A stretch of DNA of 64,000 bases from Eledone cirrhosa (Eukaryota): assembly GCA_964016885.1 (NCBI GenBank), contig OZ024740.1, forward strand, positions 275,466,001 through 275,530,000. The letters are read 5' to 3'. Position numbers and translations under genes: made by a program. A model generated the notes under the pieces. That model did not search any database and was not told the origin of the DNA. It worked only from the letters and a program-made list of their open reading frames with translations. This document shows positions 12,196 through 24,879 of this stretch, in pieces; position 1 is the stretch's first letter; each line of letters begins with the position of its first letter.

Positions 12196-13300
12196 CTTGC
12201 AGCACTTATTGTTTCGTCAAACTCTCTGTGTTTTGACCTGGATGTATTGTTTCAGAGTCACTTTGGTGTTCAATAGATTTTCTTCATCTGTGATCTTACA
12301 CTTTCTGTTAACTTCTCTTGCTTTTCTTGTCTTTACATCCATACCCCTGGCTAGCTCAGCGATTATTGAAATTTCACCTCTCAGGTTATCAATTTCTTTC
12401 TGCATTTTTATTTTCCATTTAATTTGCTTATGAACATGTCTGGTTTTCTTTTTCTTAATTTTAAGACTTATTTAGCTTTAGCTGTAGAGTATATGAGGTT
12501 GTTAAGTGAGGTCAAATCATTTTCAACTTCTGCTAAAATCTCTTTCATTGCAACATTGTAAATGTTGATTTTATGAGTATTCTTTTTGTTGTACTGAAAC
12601 TTATGCAATTTGTCTCTGTCTTTCATTTCGGTGTATACAGTTTTACTTAATTCTCTGGTAATGTCTTCTTTAGCTTTGGCAATGTCTTGCACATTGCCTC
12701 CTAGGACCCTGTGATTGTTTCCATTATCCTCAGCAGCTGGTTCTCTAAGTTGTTCTTCCTCAATATTTCTAATCTTTCCAATTTTGTAAATCTTCTCATT
12801 GACTTCTTCTTCCGACATGCTATCAAAGGTGACTGTCAGTGTTCTGATATTGTTAGGCTGTATTGGTATTTCTGCTTCTCTGTTATTGCATTGTGTTCTT
12901 ATCTGTTTTAATTCATTTAATATCAATTTGTTTTTTTTTACAATATATCTACATGTGTTACCTAGTTTATTGACATCTATATACGGGGGGGGGGGGGGGG
13001 GGGGGACCAGTTTCCTCCATCCAGTGTATGGTTGTTCTGTATCATTTGATTGGGAGTTGTTTAATGCTATATAAAATGTTATCATAAACTGTTTATATTT
13101 CTCCCTATTGCATTTTTGTTTTCTTTTCTGATTTCCGAGTGTTGTTTGTTAATGTTTGTTCTATTAGTCCAAGGTTGAGGATTTCATGGTTCTGTTGACC
13201 TGTTGAACTGTTGTTTGGGAAGTTGTTTCAGTTGCCAACTTTTCAATCCTAGCCTGTTGTATCAGTGGGAGGCATGTCCCGCATGATGGAGGATGCCATA
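12196..13300 (-). mobile_element. Degenerate N-terminal region of an R4/Dong-type LINE
   Basis: LTSLNNLIYSTA and TLKQYIQVKTQRV resemble pre-RT motifs of R4/Dong ORFs; frame broken. Confidence 0.6.
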
Positions 13301-13679
13301 TAATTTAGAAGGCTTAAGCATTTTGCCCTTATAAATTCTGTTTTATACTTACTGTTAAGGATATATATTCATGTACCACACTAGACAGATTTGCTTTAAA
13401 AAGTTTAGAGAGGCCTTTCTACCTTCATCGAGGTGAGGTTACCAGTGCTGACCACCATTCCAGTATTTCAAAACCCTTTAGCAAACAAACAGTAAAAAGC
13501 CCTGGGTAAGGGTTCAGAAACTAATGCATGTCTTTACACTTAAGTAAGTGATTATTATTATCATTATTGATAATTAAAGAAAAATAGTGTTTAGTAGTAG
13601 TAGTCATAGTTTCTCTATGTTTTTTAGGTGCTGGTAGTGGTACTTTTTCAAATGTTTCTGTGATGAGAGTAGTTGCATA

Positions 13680-15485
13680 GTGGCAGTGATGGTGGTGATG
13701 GAGTAGTGGCAGTAGTGGAGAAGGAGTAGTGGTGGTGGCAGTGATGAGGTAGTGGTGGCAGTGGTGGAGTATTGGTGGTAGTGGCAGAGATGGTCTAGTG
13801 GTGGCAGTGGTGATGGGGTAGTGGTGGTGGCAGTGATGGGGTAGTGGTAGTAGTGGTGGAGTATTGGTGGTGGTGGCAGAGATGCTCTAGTGGTGGCAGT
13901 GGTGATGGGGTAGTGGTGGAGTATTTGTGGTGGTGGTGGCAGAGATGCTCTAGTGGTGGCAGTGGTGGTGGAGGAGTGGTGGCAGTGATGGGGTAGTGAT
14001 GGCAGTGGTGATGACAGTGGTGGAGTATTGGTGGTAGTGGTGGTGATGGAGGAGTGGTGGCAGTGAAGATGGGGTAATGGTGGTGGCAGTGGTGGTGGAG
14101 TAGTGGTGGCAGTGATGGGGTAGTGATGGCAGAGGTGATGACAGTGGTGGAGTATTAGTGGTGGTGGTGGTGATGGAGGAGTGGTGGTAGTGGTGGTGGA
14201 GTAGTGGTGGCAGTGATGGGGTAGTGATGGCAGAGGTGATGACAGTGGTGGAGTATTAGTGGTGGTGGTGGTTATGGAGGAGTGGTGGCAGTGAAGATGG
14301 GGTAATGGTGGTGGCAGTGGTGGTGAGAAGTAGTGGCAGTGATGGGGTAGTGATGGCAGTGGTGGTGGTGGTGATGGAGGAGTGGTGGCAGTGAAGATGG
14401 GGTAATGGTGGTGATGGTGGGGTGGTGGCAGTGAAGATGGGGTAATGGTGGTGACAGTGGTGATGGAGTAGTGGTGGTGGCAGTGATAGGGTAGTGGTGG
14501 AGTATTGGTGGTGGTGGTGATGGAGGAGTGGTGGCAGTGAAGATGGGGTAATGGTGGTGGCAGTGGTGGTGAGAAGTAGTGGCAGTGATGGGGTAGTGAT
14601 GGCAGTGGTGGTGGTGGTGATGGAGGAGTGGTGGCAGTGAAGATGGGGTAATGGTGGTGATGGTGGGGTGGTGGCAGTGAAGATGGGGTAATGGTGGTGA
14701 CAGTGGTGATGGAGTAGTGGTGGTGGCAGTGATAGGGTAGTGGTGGAGTATTGGTGGTGGTGGTGATGGAGGAGTGGTGGCAGTGAAGATGGGGTAATGG
14801 TGGTGGCAGTGGTGGTGAGAAGTAGTGGCAGTGATGGGGTAGTGATGGCAGTGGTGGTGGTGGTGATGGAGGAGTGGTGACAGTGAAGATGGGGTAATGG
14901 TGGTGGCAGTGGTGGTGAGAAGTAGTGGCAGTGATGGGGTAGTGATGGCAGTGGTGGTGGTGGTGATGGAGGAGTGGTGGCAGTGAAGATGGGGTAATGG
15001 TGGTGATGGTGGGGTGGTGGCAGTGAAGATGGGGTAATGGTGGTGACAGTGGTGATGGAGTAGTGGTGGTGGCAGTGATAGGGTAGTGGTGGAGTATTGG
15101 TGGTGGTGGTGATGGAGGAGTGGTGGCAGTGAAGATGGGGTAATGGTGGTGGCAGTGGTGGTGAGAAGTAGTGGCAGTGATGGGGTAGTGATGGCAGTGG
15201 TGGTGGTGGTGATGGAGGAGTGGTGGCAGTGAAGATGGGGTAATGGTGGTGATGGTGGGGTGGTGGCAGTGAAGATGGGGTAATGGTGGTGACAGTGGTG
15301 ATTGGGTAGTGGTGGTGGCAGTGATAGGGTAGTGGTGGAGTATTGGTGGTGGTGATGATGGAGGAGTGGTGGCAGTGAAGATGGGGGTAATGGTGGTGGC
15401 AGTGGTGATGGGGTAGTGGTGGTGGCAGTGATAGGGTAGTGGTGGAGTATTGGTGGTGGTGGTGATGGAGGAGTGGTGGCAGTAA
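13680..15485. repeat. G-rich GTG-based complex minisatellite with a 246-bp higher-order unit
   Basis: Marker GAGAAG at 14325, 14571, 14817, 14917, 15163 (spacings 246, 246, 100, 246). Confidence 0.92.
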
Positions 15486-15712
15486 TGATGAATTTGTTGT
15501 TGTTGCTGCTGTTTTTGTGTTTGTCTCCACTAAATGTTGTAACCATAACAGCTGGGTGTTGTTATGTTTGTTTTTGTTTGTGCTGTGTTTTGTAGCCATA
15601 TGGCTTATTACTGACATCTTGTAGACAGGTTGACGTATAACTTATACTTTATCCTCAAAATTTAAACTAGCCATTTTGAATTTTTCAAGAAATTTGGAAA
15701 TTATTATTATTA

Positions 15713-16770
15713 TGGTTGGACGCCATGCTTTGATGCATAGAGTTATGGCCCTTTACGCCCTGAGTTCAAATCCTGCCGAGGTTAACTTTACCTTTCATCC
15801 TTATCGGGGTCGATAAAATAAAGTACCAGTAATGCACTGGGATAATTGCTGGCCTTGTTCCAAAAGTAGAAAGAATTATTATTATGGTCTCCCTCTTTGT
15901 ATTGTCCCTTACATGTCGGCCCTTGTGGCCAATAGATGAAATCATTATTATTATTAAGGGCGGTGGATTGGCAGTATTGGTAGAGGATCGGACGCCATGC
16001 TTTGATGCATAGAGTTCCGGCCCTTGCCATTCTGAGTTCAAATCCAGCCAAGGTTAACTTTGCCTTTCATCCTTACGAGGTCGATAAAATAAAGTACCAG
16101 TAAAGTACTGGCTAATTGCTGGCCTTGTGCCAATAGTAGAAACAATTATTATTATTATGGTGGATTGGCAGTATCAGTAGAGGGTCGGACGCCATGCTTT
16201 GCAGCAAAGAGTTACACCCCTTTATGGTCTCAGTTCAAATCCCGCTGAGGTTGACTTTGCCTTTCATCCTTACGGGGTCGATAAAATAAAGTACCAGTAA
16301 TGCACTGGGATAATTGCTGGCCTTGTGCTAAAAGTAAAAATGATAATAATAATAATAATAATTATTATTATTTTTATTATAGGTGGATTGGCAGTATCGG
16401 TAGAGGGTTGGACGCCATGCTTTGAAGCATAGAGTTACGTCCCTTTATGATCTGAGTTCAAATCCCGCCGAGGTTAACTTTGCCTTTCATCCTTACGGGG
16501 TCGATAAAATAAAGTACCAGTAATGTACTGGGTAATTGCTGGCCTTGTGCCAAAAGTAGAAACAATTATTATTATTATTATTTTGGTAGTATTGGTAGAG
16601 GGTCGGATGTCATGCTTTGCAGCAAAGAGTTATGGCCCTTTATTGTCGGAGTTCAAATCCTGCCGAGGTTAATTTTACCTTTCATCCTTACGGGGTCGAT
16701 AAAATAAAGTACCAGTAATACACTGGGATAATTGCTGGCCTTGTGCCAAAAGTAGAAACAATTATTATTA
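15713..16770 (+). mobile_element. Head-to-tail array of five SINE A copies plus a ~60-bp Tx1 3' end (about 15895-15955)
   Basis: Copies start at about 15713, 15958, 16158, 16381, 16584 and are separated by ATT/AAT repeats. Confidence 0.92.
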
Positions 16771-16910
16771 TCATTATTGTGTTTTTTCCCTTTCCTTCAG
16801 TTTTGTATCCCTTTCTTGCTGAGGGTCTTGTTGTCGTTTCTGTATTTCTAATTACAAACAATCAGAAATTATTTTTAATGTGATATGTATTCTTGATTAT
16901 TATTTCATCT

Positions 16911-17086
16911 TGGCAGTATCGGTAGAGGGTCGGACGCCATGCTTTCCAGCATAGTTACATCCCTTTACGATCTGAGTTCAAATCCCGCCGAGGTTGACTT
17001 TGCCTTTCATCCTTACGAGGTCGATAAAATAAAGTACCAGTAATGCACTGGGTAATTGATGGCCTTGTGCCTAAAGTAAAAACAAT
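16911..17086 (+). mobile_element. SINE A with 12-bp TSD
   Basis: ATTATTTCATCT at 16899-16910 and 17085-17096. Confidence 0.92.
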
Positions 17087-18605
17087 TATTTCATCTATAT
17101 TAGATGGTATATATGAAAATAAACGACTGCAAGGTAAAGCCTTTAATTCAAGAAATATTGGTTTAGTATTTGACTATAGCCACAATATGCAGTATTGCTG
17201 AGTAAAAACCAATACAACAAAATTAACATATCAATTTATAATTATCTAGTTTTGTGAGACTCAGCAAACAATCTCTAAATGTGTTCATGTATCAAAACTT
17301 TATGTATGCATGTATGTATTTTTATGTATATATGTTTGTGAATGTATTATATGAATATGTGAATATATCCAGAAGAGAGAAATTGAGAGTGAGAGAAACT
17401 ATGTGGGTCTGTATTTTTTTCATTTTCCTGAATATTTTTCAGTTCTGAGGTAGGAGAAGAAAGCAAGATATTGGTTTCAGATAATACCAAACCTCTTCTC
17501 AACAGATGAGTCAAAACATGAGTAGCACAAAACACTGGCGTCAAATAGTTGCAAGGTTTCAATGTACGGGAAATGATTATTCATTTATTCAATGCGTGCA
17601 ATAGCAATAATTGTGTAATATATATTGCAATGACGACAAAATGGTAAGATGAAACTTGCTTGTTGTAAAGAGCAACCTTGTGTCTAAAGATTTATATGGT
17701 CGAAGATTTATGAAGAAGCAAAAAGAAATCCAGGAGTAGATTTTCAAAGAATTCAATCCTAATGTGTTGGAGAGAAGAAGAATTTGTTTGAATATAGTTT
17801 TGTTAAAAACTTTTAGATTTTTTTGTTTAATATTCTTTTTTTCATTTTAAACTTTAATTTTATTCAGAGATGAAGTTATGTTTATAGCAATTCTTTTTTC
17901 CTTGTATTTTGTTGCGTTGTTGCATTTTTCTTTCACTTCGCCATCACCTGCTCCTTTCAAGATTTTTAAAGTGATGGCTATGTCACTATTCACTCCTTGT
18001 AACCTGAAATGGGGGTTGCTCCATTCGGTCTTTGGATTAATGTTACTCGATAGAGTGCTTAGCTCAGAGATCAGAGAGTCACTCCAAAGTAGAGCCGCTA
18101 CTTTTCCAAATTGAAAGGTCATAGCTTTGAGACTACGAATGTGGTTAGAGTGTCTCAGGAAATTCAATACGAGAGTGGAATTTTATGGAAATTTATTAGA
18201 TAGTTCTGGTTGCTTGGATGAATAGATAGATGTTCTTTTTTTTTTTATCATTGCTGTAAGGTCTCCTCTATTCTGAGTTTAACCATATATTTTGCAATTA
18301 CTCAGCCAGATAAGAACCTATACTAAGCACTATGCACTTTACCATGCAGTAGTTGGCCTATTATCATGGCAGTCATGTCATCATGTAATTTACCATATCA
18401 TTCATCATGTTTATTACTTTACTGGTTTCATTTATAGAGCTGTATTCATGCTGGGACTCTGCCTTTAAGAGTTGGGTCAATCATAACAATTCCAATACTT
18501 TTTCAGTCTGGTACATACATTATCAATCTCTACTTGCTAAATGGTTAAGTTACAGGACATAAAGAGACTCAACATAACCACAGATATAAACACACATACA
18601 TACAT

Positions 18606-18848
18606 GATGATGGCTGCCTCCTCGTTATCGAGTATGGCCATTGCACGATATACCATTATTAATAATTATTAATTAATTCTATCATGCAATGCTTGCGCGT
18701 GAAGATATTTTTTAAAGTGAGGAAAGACTGTGCACTGAGCCAATCTCACTCTCAGAGTGACAGTAGCTATAACCTGAAAAGAATAAAAGATCAACATCAT
18801 CGGTAACTAGTGAGCCACAGGTTTTATATTGGAGTTATCCCAGTTTCC
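18606..18848 (-). mobile_element. Non-autonomous repeat family B (RTE-related), truncated copy
   Basis: Matches copies at 19905-20447 and 21075-21430. Confidence 0.75.
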
Positions 18849-18870
18849 ATACATACATACATACATATAT

Positions 18871-19387
18871 GGTGGCTTCCAACTCGTTTTCGAGTACGGC
18901 CACTACTTTATATCCATGTAGGAGAACCCCTACCGATGCACTGAACAAGTGTGACTTTTTAGTCCAGCCAGCGACTTGAAAACTCTGGTACAAACACTAC
19001 ACTTGTGACAATTATTGACACATAGTGCTGGGCCCTTGGTACCATGTGACGACAAGTGAAGAGAGATCTCCAGATATAAAGCAATGCCTGTGTGGTGAAG
19101 CAACCCCACCAAGGCTTCTTGGTGAGGAGGGTGACTTTGGACATCCTGCAGGACTAAAAACAAAACCTGTCAAACGGCAAAGGAGCTCTTAAGAGTCAAT
19201 GGCCATCCAAAATCACCAGGAGAGATGACCCCTTAGCCTTTGTCAAGGCAGAATTCTAGGAGAAGGAAAACTCTGATATAACACCTGCAACCCTGATGAT
19301 AACCAATGATGTTGACTTGTTCTTCTTTTTGGTAAATATCATCTTGGTTAAGAGAATGGGACTGGCTTTGTGCAGTGCCTTTGCTCA
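18871..19387 (-). mobile_element. Non-autonomous RTE-derived family C with inverted 5' half
   Basis: Encodes CSVCTRVFKSLAGLKSH (RTE-type C-terminal zinc finger remnant); colinear copy at 63191-63709. Confidence 0.85.
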
Positions 19388-19484
19388 CATACATATATAC
19401 ATACATACATACATGCATACATACGCATACATACACACACATACATACACACAAACATACATACATACATACATTCATACATAC

Positions 19485-19815
19485 ATGTCAACGTTGTAAG
19501 AAAAATACAAGAAAGGAGTACATCTACAGACCATTTATGAGGAGTTTGCAGATCCAGTATCCAAGATACACCTTCAGTTTCATAGCCATCATTACTGGAG
19601 CTACAGGTTATATACCAACCCACTTGGACTAAAGTATAACGGAACTTGGATTTGTGGACAAAGAGTGCAGCTGCCTAATTCATAGACTACAAGTGGCTGC
19701 GATAGCAAAACATTCTTGCGATTCAAGGGATGACAATTTCTTTTCTTTTACAATCTTGCCACCAGGAGGGTGACCAGTCAAAATTAGACTTGCAATTAAG
19801 AGAAAGAGAAACATA
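19485..19815 (+). mobile_element. RLE-LINE 3' remnant between CATA repeats
   Basis: KEYIYRPFMRSLQIQYPRYTFSFIAIITGATG, similar to the 20525 copy. Confidence 0.65.
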
Positions 19816-19904
19816 CATAATCTTCATCATCATCATCATCGTTTAATGTCTATCTTCCACGCTAGCATGAATTAGACAAGAATTGTCTAACTTGAGGCAA
19901 GATT

Positions 19905-20447
19905 GATTATCGAGTATAACCATTGCACGATATATCATTATTAATAATTATTAATTAATTCTATCATGCAGTGGATTGGCAGTATCGGTAGAGGGTCGGA
20001 CGCCATGCTTTGCAGCAAAGAGTTACGGCCCTTTATGGTCTGAGTTCAAATCCCGCCAGGGTTAACTTTGCCTTTCATCCTTACGGGGTCGATAAAATAA
20101 AGTACCAGTAATGCACTGGAATAATTGCTGGCCTTGTGCCAAAAGTAGAAATAATTAATTAATTCTATTGTACAATGCCTGTACGTGAAGATATTTTTTA
20201 AAGTGAGGAAAGACTGTGCACTGCGGCAATCCCACTCTCTGAGCGACAGTAGCTATAACCCGAAAAGAAGAAAAGATCAACATCATCGGTAACTACTGAG
20301 CCGCAGGTTTTATATTGGAGTTATCCAAGTTTCCTGAGTTGCCTTCTCCTAGAAGAATGCAGTGACAAAGGCTAGGGGTCCTTTACTCCCAGTAGTTTAA
20401 CTGCGCGATCGTGTAGTCAGCCAGACAATTTCTATGTCCCCGCGCAT
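19905..20447 (-). mobile_element. Family B copy interrupted by SINE A (+ strand, 19969-20152)
   Basis: ATTAATTAATTCTAT duplicated on both sides of the SINE. Confidence 0.85.
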
Positions 20448-20524
20448 ATACATACATATGTACACATATACATATACACATATATACATATGTAAATACA
20501 TACATACATACATACATACATATG

Positions 20525-21062
20525 GGACAGGGAGAAGAAAACATACACAGTAGTGAAAATTAGCTGCCCAGCAGATGCCAATATAATACCAAAGATTAGT
20601 GAAAAGGAGAATATTTATGCAGAACTGATAAGAAATCTCCAGATACTCCACCCTGATTACACCTTCAGATTTATGCCTGTGATTATTGGGGCACTGGGGT
20701 ATGTTAGTAACTGCCTCAATACAAATCTTGAGAAGCTAGAACAGAAAGAACACAACTAGTTAGGAAATTACAAGTACAATCTATTAATGGAACAGTAAAA
20801 ATATGTAAAACATTCCAAAAATGTTGCATCTAATAACTGCATATACACATGTACAGATACAAAGCATATACACATGCACACATACAACTCAAAACATACA
20901 CATCCACACATACAATAACATCCGTATCTACACATGCAAGCATACATACATATCTACCTAGTTGATGTTGTGTAAATTCTAATAGAGAGTCTTGTGTCTA
21001 TGTTAGAAACCGACTCTCTCTCTATTGGTAAAACTTTGTTAAATTATAAAACCAGAAGAACA
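20525..21062 (+). mobile_element. RLE-LINE (R4-like, second family) 3' fragment flanked by (CATA)n
   Basis: ISCPADANI..EKENIYAEL..FMPVIIGALG and GTVKICKTF endonuclease C-terminal motifs. Confidence 0.8.
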
Positions 21063-21074
21063 TACATACATACA

Positions 21075-21430
21075 TGATGATGGCTGCCCCCTCGTTATCG
21101 AGTATGGCCATTGCACGATGTACTATTATTAATAATTATTAATTAATTCTATCGTGCAATGCTTGTGCATGAAGATATTTTTTAAAGTGAGGAAAGACTG
21201 TGCACTGAGCCAATCCCACTCTGTGAGCGACAGTAGCTATAACCCGAAAAGAAGAAAAGATCAACATCATTGGTTACTACTGAGCCGCAGGTTTTATATT
21301 GGAGTTATCCCTGTTTCCTGAGTTGCCTTCTCCTAGAAGAATGCCCTGACAAAGGCTAGGGGTCATTCACTCCCAGTATTTAACTGCGCGATCGGGTAGT
21401 CACCTTGACAATTTCTATATCCCTGCGCAT
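21075..21430 (-). mobile_element. Family B, most complete copy
   Basis: Shares CCTTCTCCTAGAA..GACAAAGGCTA and GGCTGCC..CTCGTT.TCGAGTA.GGCCA blocks with family C. Confidence 0.8.
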
Positions 21431-22347
21431 ATATATACATATGTACAAATGTATATACACATATACATATATTCATATGTAAATACATTCCTACATACAT
21501 ACAATTGTCTTCTACACAGTTTCCATCTCCATAATTCAACTCACAAAATATTGATCAATATGAGGCTATAGTAGAAAACATTGGTCTAAGTTGCCATGCA
21601 GTCGGTTTGAACCCTAGACATTGACACAGGTCAATATCTTTAGTTGTGTTCTTAACAGAAAGAAGAATTCAGACTTAGTAGTGTCTAACAATAGTACAGA
21701 CATTCTCATACAAACGTTTGTTTCGTCTTTGTTTTGATTAAAAGAGATGGCCTTTTTAATATGTTATTGTAGTATTGCTCTGGTGTGCTGTCGATGTATC
21801 TAAATGTTTGCAGATGACTAAATAAGTAGTTTCACCAGTAGCTTATGTTGGAGCAGATGTCAAACATATAATGTTTAAAGTATATATATGTCTATCTAGA
21901 TGGGCCTTTAATTTCAGTTTTTTTATTTTTATTTCTACATTTTTTTCTTTATTTTCAATGTGTAAGTCATCTGTTGCAGGTGTAATATATATCAACTGTG
22001 AAGATGCAGAGTTTGCTATTTTCAATGGTTTATGTTCAGAGAGTATTGTGTGAAATTTATGAAGGGAAGTATGGGGTCTTATACAATATGTTATTAGTGT
22101 TATATATCTGTTGTGTCACTAATGTATCATTATTATACTAATATATATTTATACTACAGTACCAATATGCTTATTATTATATTTCATTTTTATATTTATG
22201 AATTAATTTTGCAAGAATGTCTGATGAAAGAACATTGACAAAATAACTAATAACTGATAATAAAACTGAAGAGAAATTCAGACAGTGCCTGTGTTTTTTA
22301 TTGGCAATATTGACAACATGACCATCACCAAATATAACTTATCATTA

Positions 22348-22732
22348 TGGCAGTATCGGTAGTGGGCTGGATGCCATGCTCTGCAGCATAGAGTTACCTC
22401 CCTTTATGGTCTGAGTTCAAATCCCGCCGATGTTAACTTTGCCTTTCATCCTTACAGGGTTGATAAAATAAAGTACCAGTAATGCACTGATTATAATTGC
22501 TGGCCTTGTACCAAAAGTAGAAACAATTATTATGGCAGTATCGAGAGAGCGTCAGACAACATGCTTCACAGCAGAGAGTATAGTGCTTTACATTCTGAGT
22601 TCAAATCCCATCGAGCTTAGCTTTGCCTTTCCTCCTTACGGCGTCAATAAAATAAAGCACTGGAGTCGATTTCATTGACTTTCCTCTCCCCCTGCAAATT
22701 GCTGCCCTTGTGCCTCAAATAGAAACAATTAT
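22348..22732 (+). mobile_element. Short-form then long-form SINE A in tandem
   Basis: A/B-box-like motifs, central domain, ATT tails. Confidence 0.88.
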
Positions 22733-22789
22733 TGTAATGTTCTTATTATTCTAAGGAAGTTTTAGTTAGAATATTTATTAAAGGGTTTT

Positions 22790-23253
22790 TGGAGTAATGT
22801 TACTCAATACCGTTTGTAACTCGGAGAACAAAGGGTTGCTCCAGGTAGAGCCGCTACTTCTCTGAATTGAGAGATCACAGCTATGATATTATGGCCATGT
22901 AGTTAGAATGTCTCAGGAAAGAATCACTAGACAGATTTTATGGGCAAAACCAACAGGCAGGAGACCGAAGTGTTAGAACCCAAGCAAGATGGTTGGATAA
23001 CATCCATGAGCTCAGCTGATCTCACTTGAGGATCCAGCCCGATCAGTTTGAGATGGTTGCTTCTGACAGGACACGCAGAAAGGAGTGTTTGTGGACCCCA
23101 TGAGCCTCTCAAGAATAAATGGGAGGAGAAGGAGGAGTAGGGGGAGGAGGGGAGGAGGAGAAGGGGGAGGAGGAGAGGAGGAGGGGAGGAGGAGGAGGAG
23201 AAGAAGAAGAAGAAGAAGAAGAAGAAGAAGAAGAAGAAGAAGAAGAAGAAGAA
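22790..23253 (+). mobile_element. RTE-clade LINE 3' remnant followed by an expanded GGA/GAA run (relatives at about 18030-18170 + and 25420-25720 -)
   Basis: VEPLLL*IERSQL*YYGHVVRMSQERITRQIL. Confidence 0.75.
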
Positions 23254-23585
23254 GCTACATTAAAATTCTCTATGTTAAATGGCGATGTACTGAATACCAT
23301 ATGCAGGCAAATCGTTTTTAATTAATTGTAATCCAAGTCTTAGCTAAAGAAAGACATTACAAAATTAATAGCAGTGATTACACTCAAAGGAAGGGGAGAT
23401 AATTTCAAGGAATTAAAGGTGGTCTTCTAACATTGCCATAGTCCATGGGCAGGAACTAGTTAAAAAGGAAAATTCATTTCTCAAGTTAAATTATATGCTC
23501 AAAGAAAGAACAGTTTACTCTAAATGATTCTAATGACAATTATGAAGAAGTTTCAGTCTATTACACCAGAAAACCCTGTAGATCA

Positions 23586-23908
23586 TTTGATAGTAAAATA
23601 GTTATGTTTTGACCAAACAATTTGATAGTAAAATAGTTATGTTTTGACCAAACAATTTGATAGTAAAATAGTTATGTTTTGACCAAACAATTTGATAGTA
23701 AAATAGTTATGTTTTGACTAAACAATTTGATAGTAAAATAGTTATGTTTTGACCAAACAATTTGATAGTAAAATAGTTATGTTTTGACCAAACAATTTGA
23801 TAGTAAAATAGTTATGTTTTGACTAAACAATTTGATAATAAAATAGTTATGTTTTGACCAAACATAATTTGATAGTAAAATAGTTATCATTTGAACAAAC
23901 ATAATTTG
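23586..23908. repeat. 35-bp minisatellite, about 9 copies
   Basis: Unit TTTGATAGTAAAATAGTTATGTTTTGACCAAACAA, no spacers. Confidence 0.97.
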
Positions 23909-24389
23909 CATAATTATAAAAGTAAAATGACCTAAGGAATATAACTCAACTGTGTCAGTGACATGAATTTTGATAGTTAAATTTAAAAACTATGAACTTA
24001 TTGCTGTATGCACACCTTTTAACGAATAAAAAATCTTCCAATTTAGTTGGAAAAAGAAAACAAAATCCTGCAGATTGAGCTGTAGAGCCACTTTCCCCCT
24101 CCCTCTCTTCCTTTCTTTCATTGCTTAAGTCCTCTTTTTTCTTACCCCTCACCTCTCTCTCCTTATTGGTGTGTATATTGTACAGTTTTATTTTATATTG
24201 GATATTAAGAATTGCAATAAATTCTGTTTTATATTGTTAGTTACCTTCAAAGAAAGAGGGAAATAATTTCAAAAAATTAATTATTTATTTCTCAATGTTA
24301 ATCTTAATGTTCAGGGAAAGTATGAATAAAGCAATGTCTCCTTGTTATAATAATATGTACTTTATTCTACTATACCAATATGCATATTT

Positions 24390-24722
24390 TCCATATAAGA
24401 CCTCCCTTTTGTCACGAATGTTCATGGGATTTGTACCTAGAATATTTCTCCTATGAAACACAAGTCTGGGCAAAGTGTTTTTGTGGAAGACCAGCAGTGA
24501 CCCATGCATACCAGTCTCTCTTCTCCACAACACTGATGTTGTTGAAAGGGAAGACAAAGTATGATACAGCTTGGCGCCAGTGACATTGCAACTCATTTCT
24601 ACAGCCAAGTAAACTGGAGCAATATAAAATAAATTGTCTTGTTCAAGGACACAATGTATCAGCCAGTCTGGAAATCGAACTTACAACCTCCTGATTGCAA
24701 GCCCAAAGCTCTAACCACTAAG
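24390..24722 (-). mobile_element. Older tRNA-head SINE (CORE-like)
   Basis: AGTTCGATTTCC B-box-like, then GTGTCCTTGAACAAGACA; head similar to the 60836 copy. Confidence 0.65.
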
Positions 24723-24754
24723 CAATTTCACACATTAATTTTCCATATAATAAT

Positions 24755-24879
24755 TGTTTCTACTTTTAGCACAAGGCCAGCAATTACCCCAGTGTATTAC
24801 TGGTACTTTATTTTATCGACCCTCGTAAGGATGAAAGGCAAAGTTAACCTCGGCAGGATTTGAACTCAGATCATATCTC
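24755..24879 (-). mobile_element. 5'-truncated SINE A with 18-bp TSD
   Basis: AATTTTCCATATAATAAT at 24737-24754 and 24880-24897. Confidence 0.9.

Noticed and set aside
13353-13476. Minus-strand exon or hammerhead-like motif upstream of the R4 N-terminal remnant
   Set aside because: Stops in all frames from the best acceptor; CTCGATGA is not a CUGANGA core
14256-15617. 453-aa and 424-aa His/Pro/Thr-rich ORFs
   Set aside because: By-products of a stop-poor CAC-type repeat strand, open in several frames, with no domain signal
23586-23908. CRISPR-like 35-bp repeats
   Set aside because: No spacers, no cas genes, eukaryotic context
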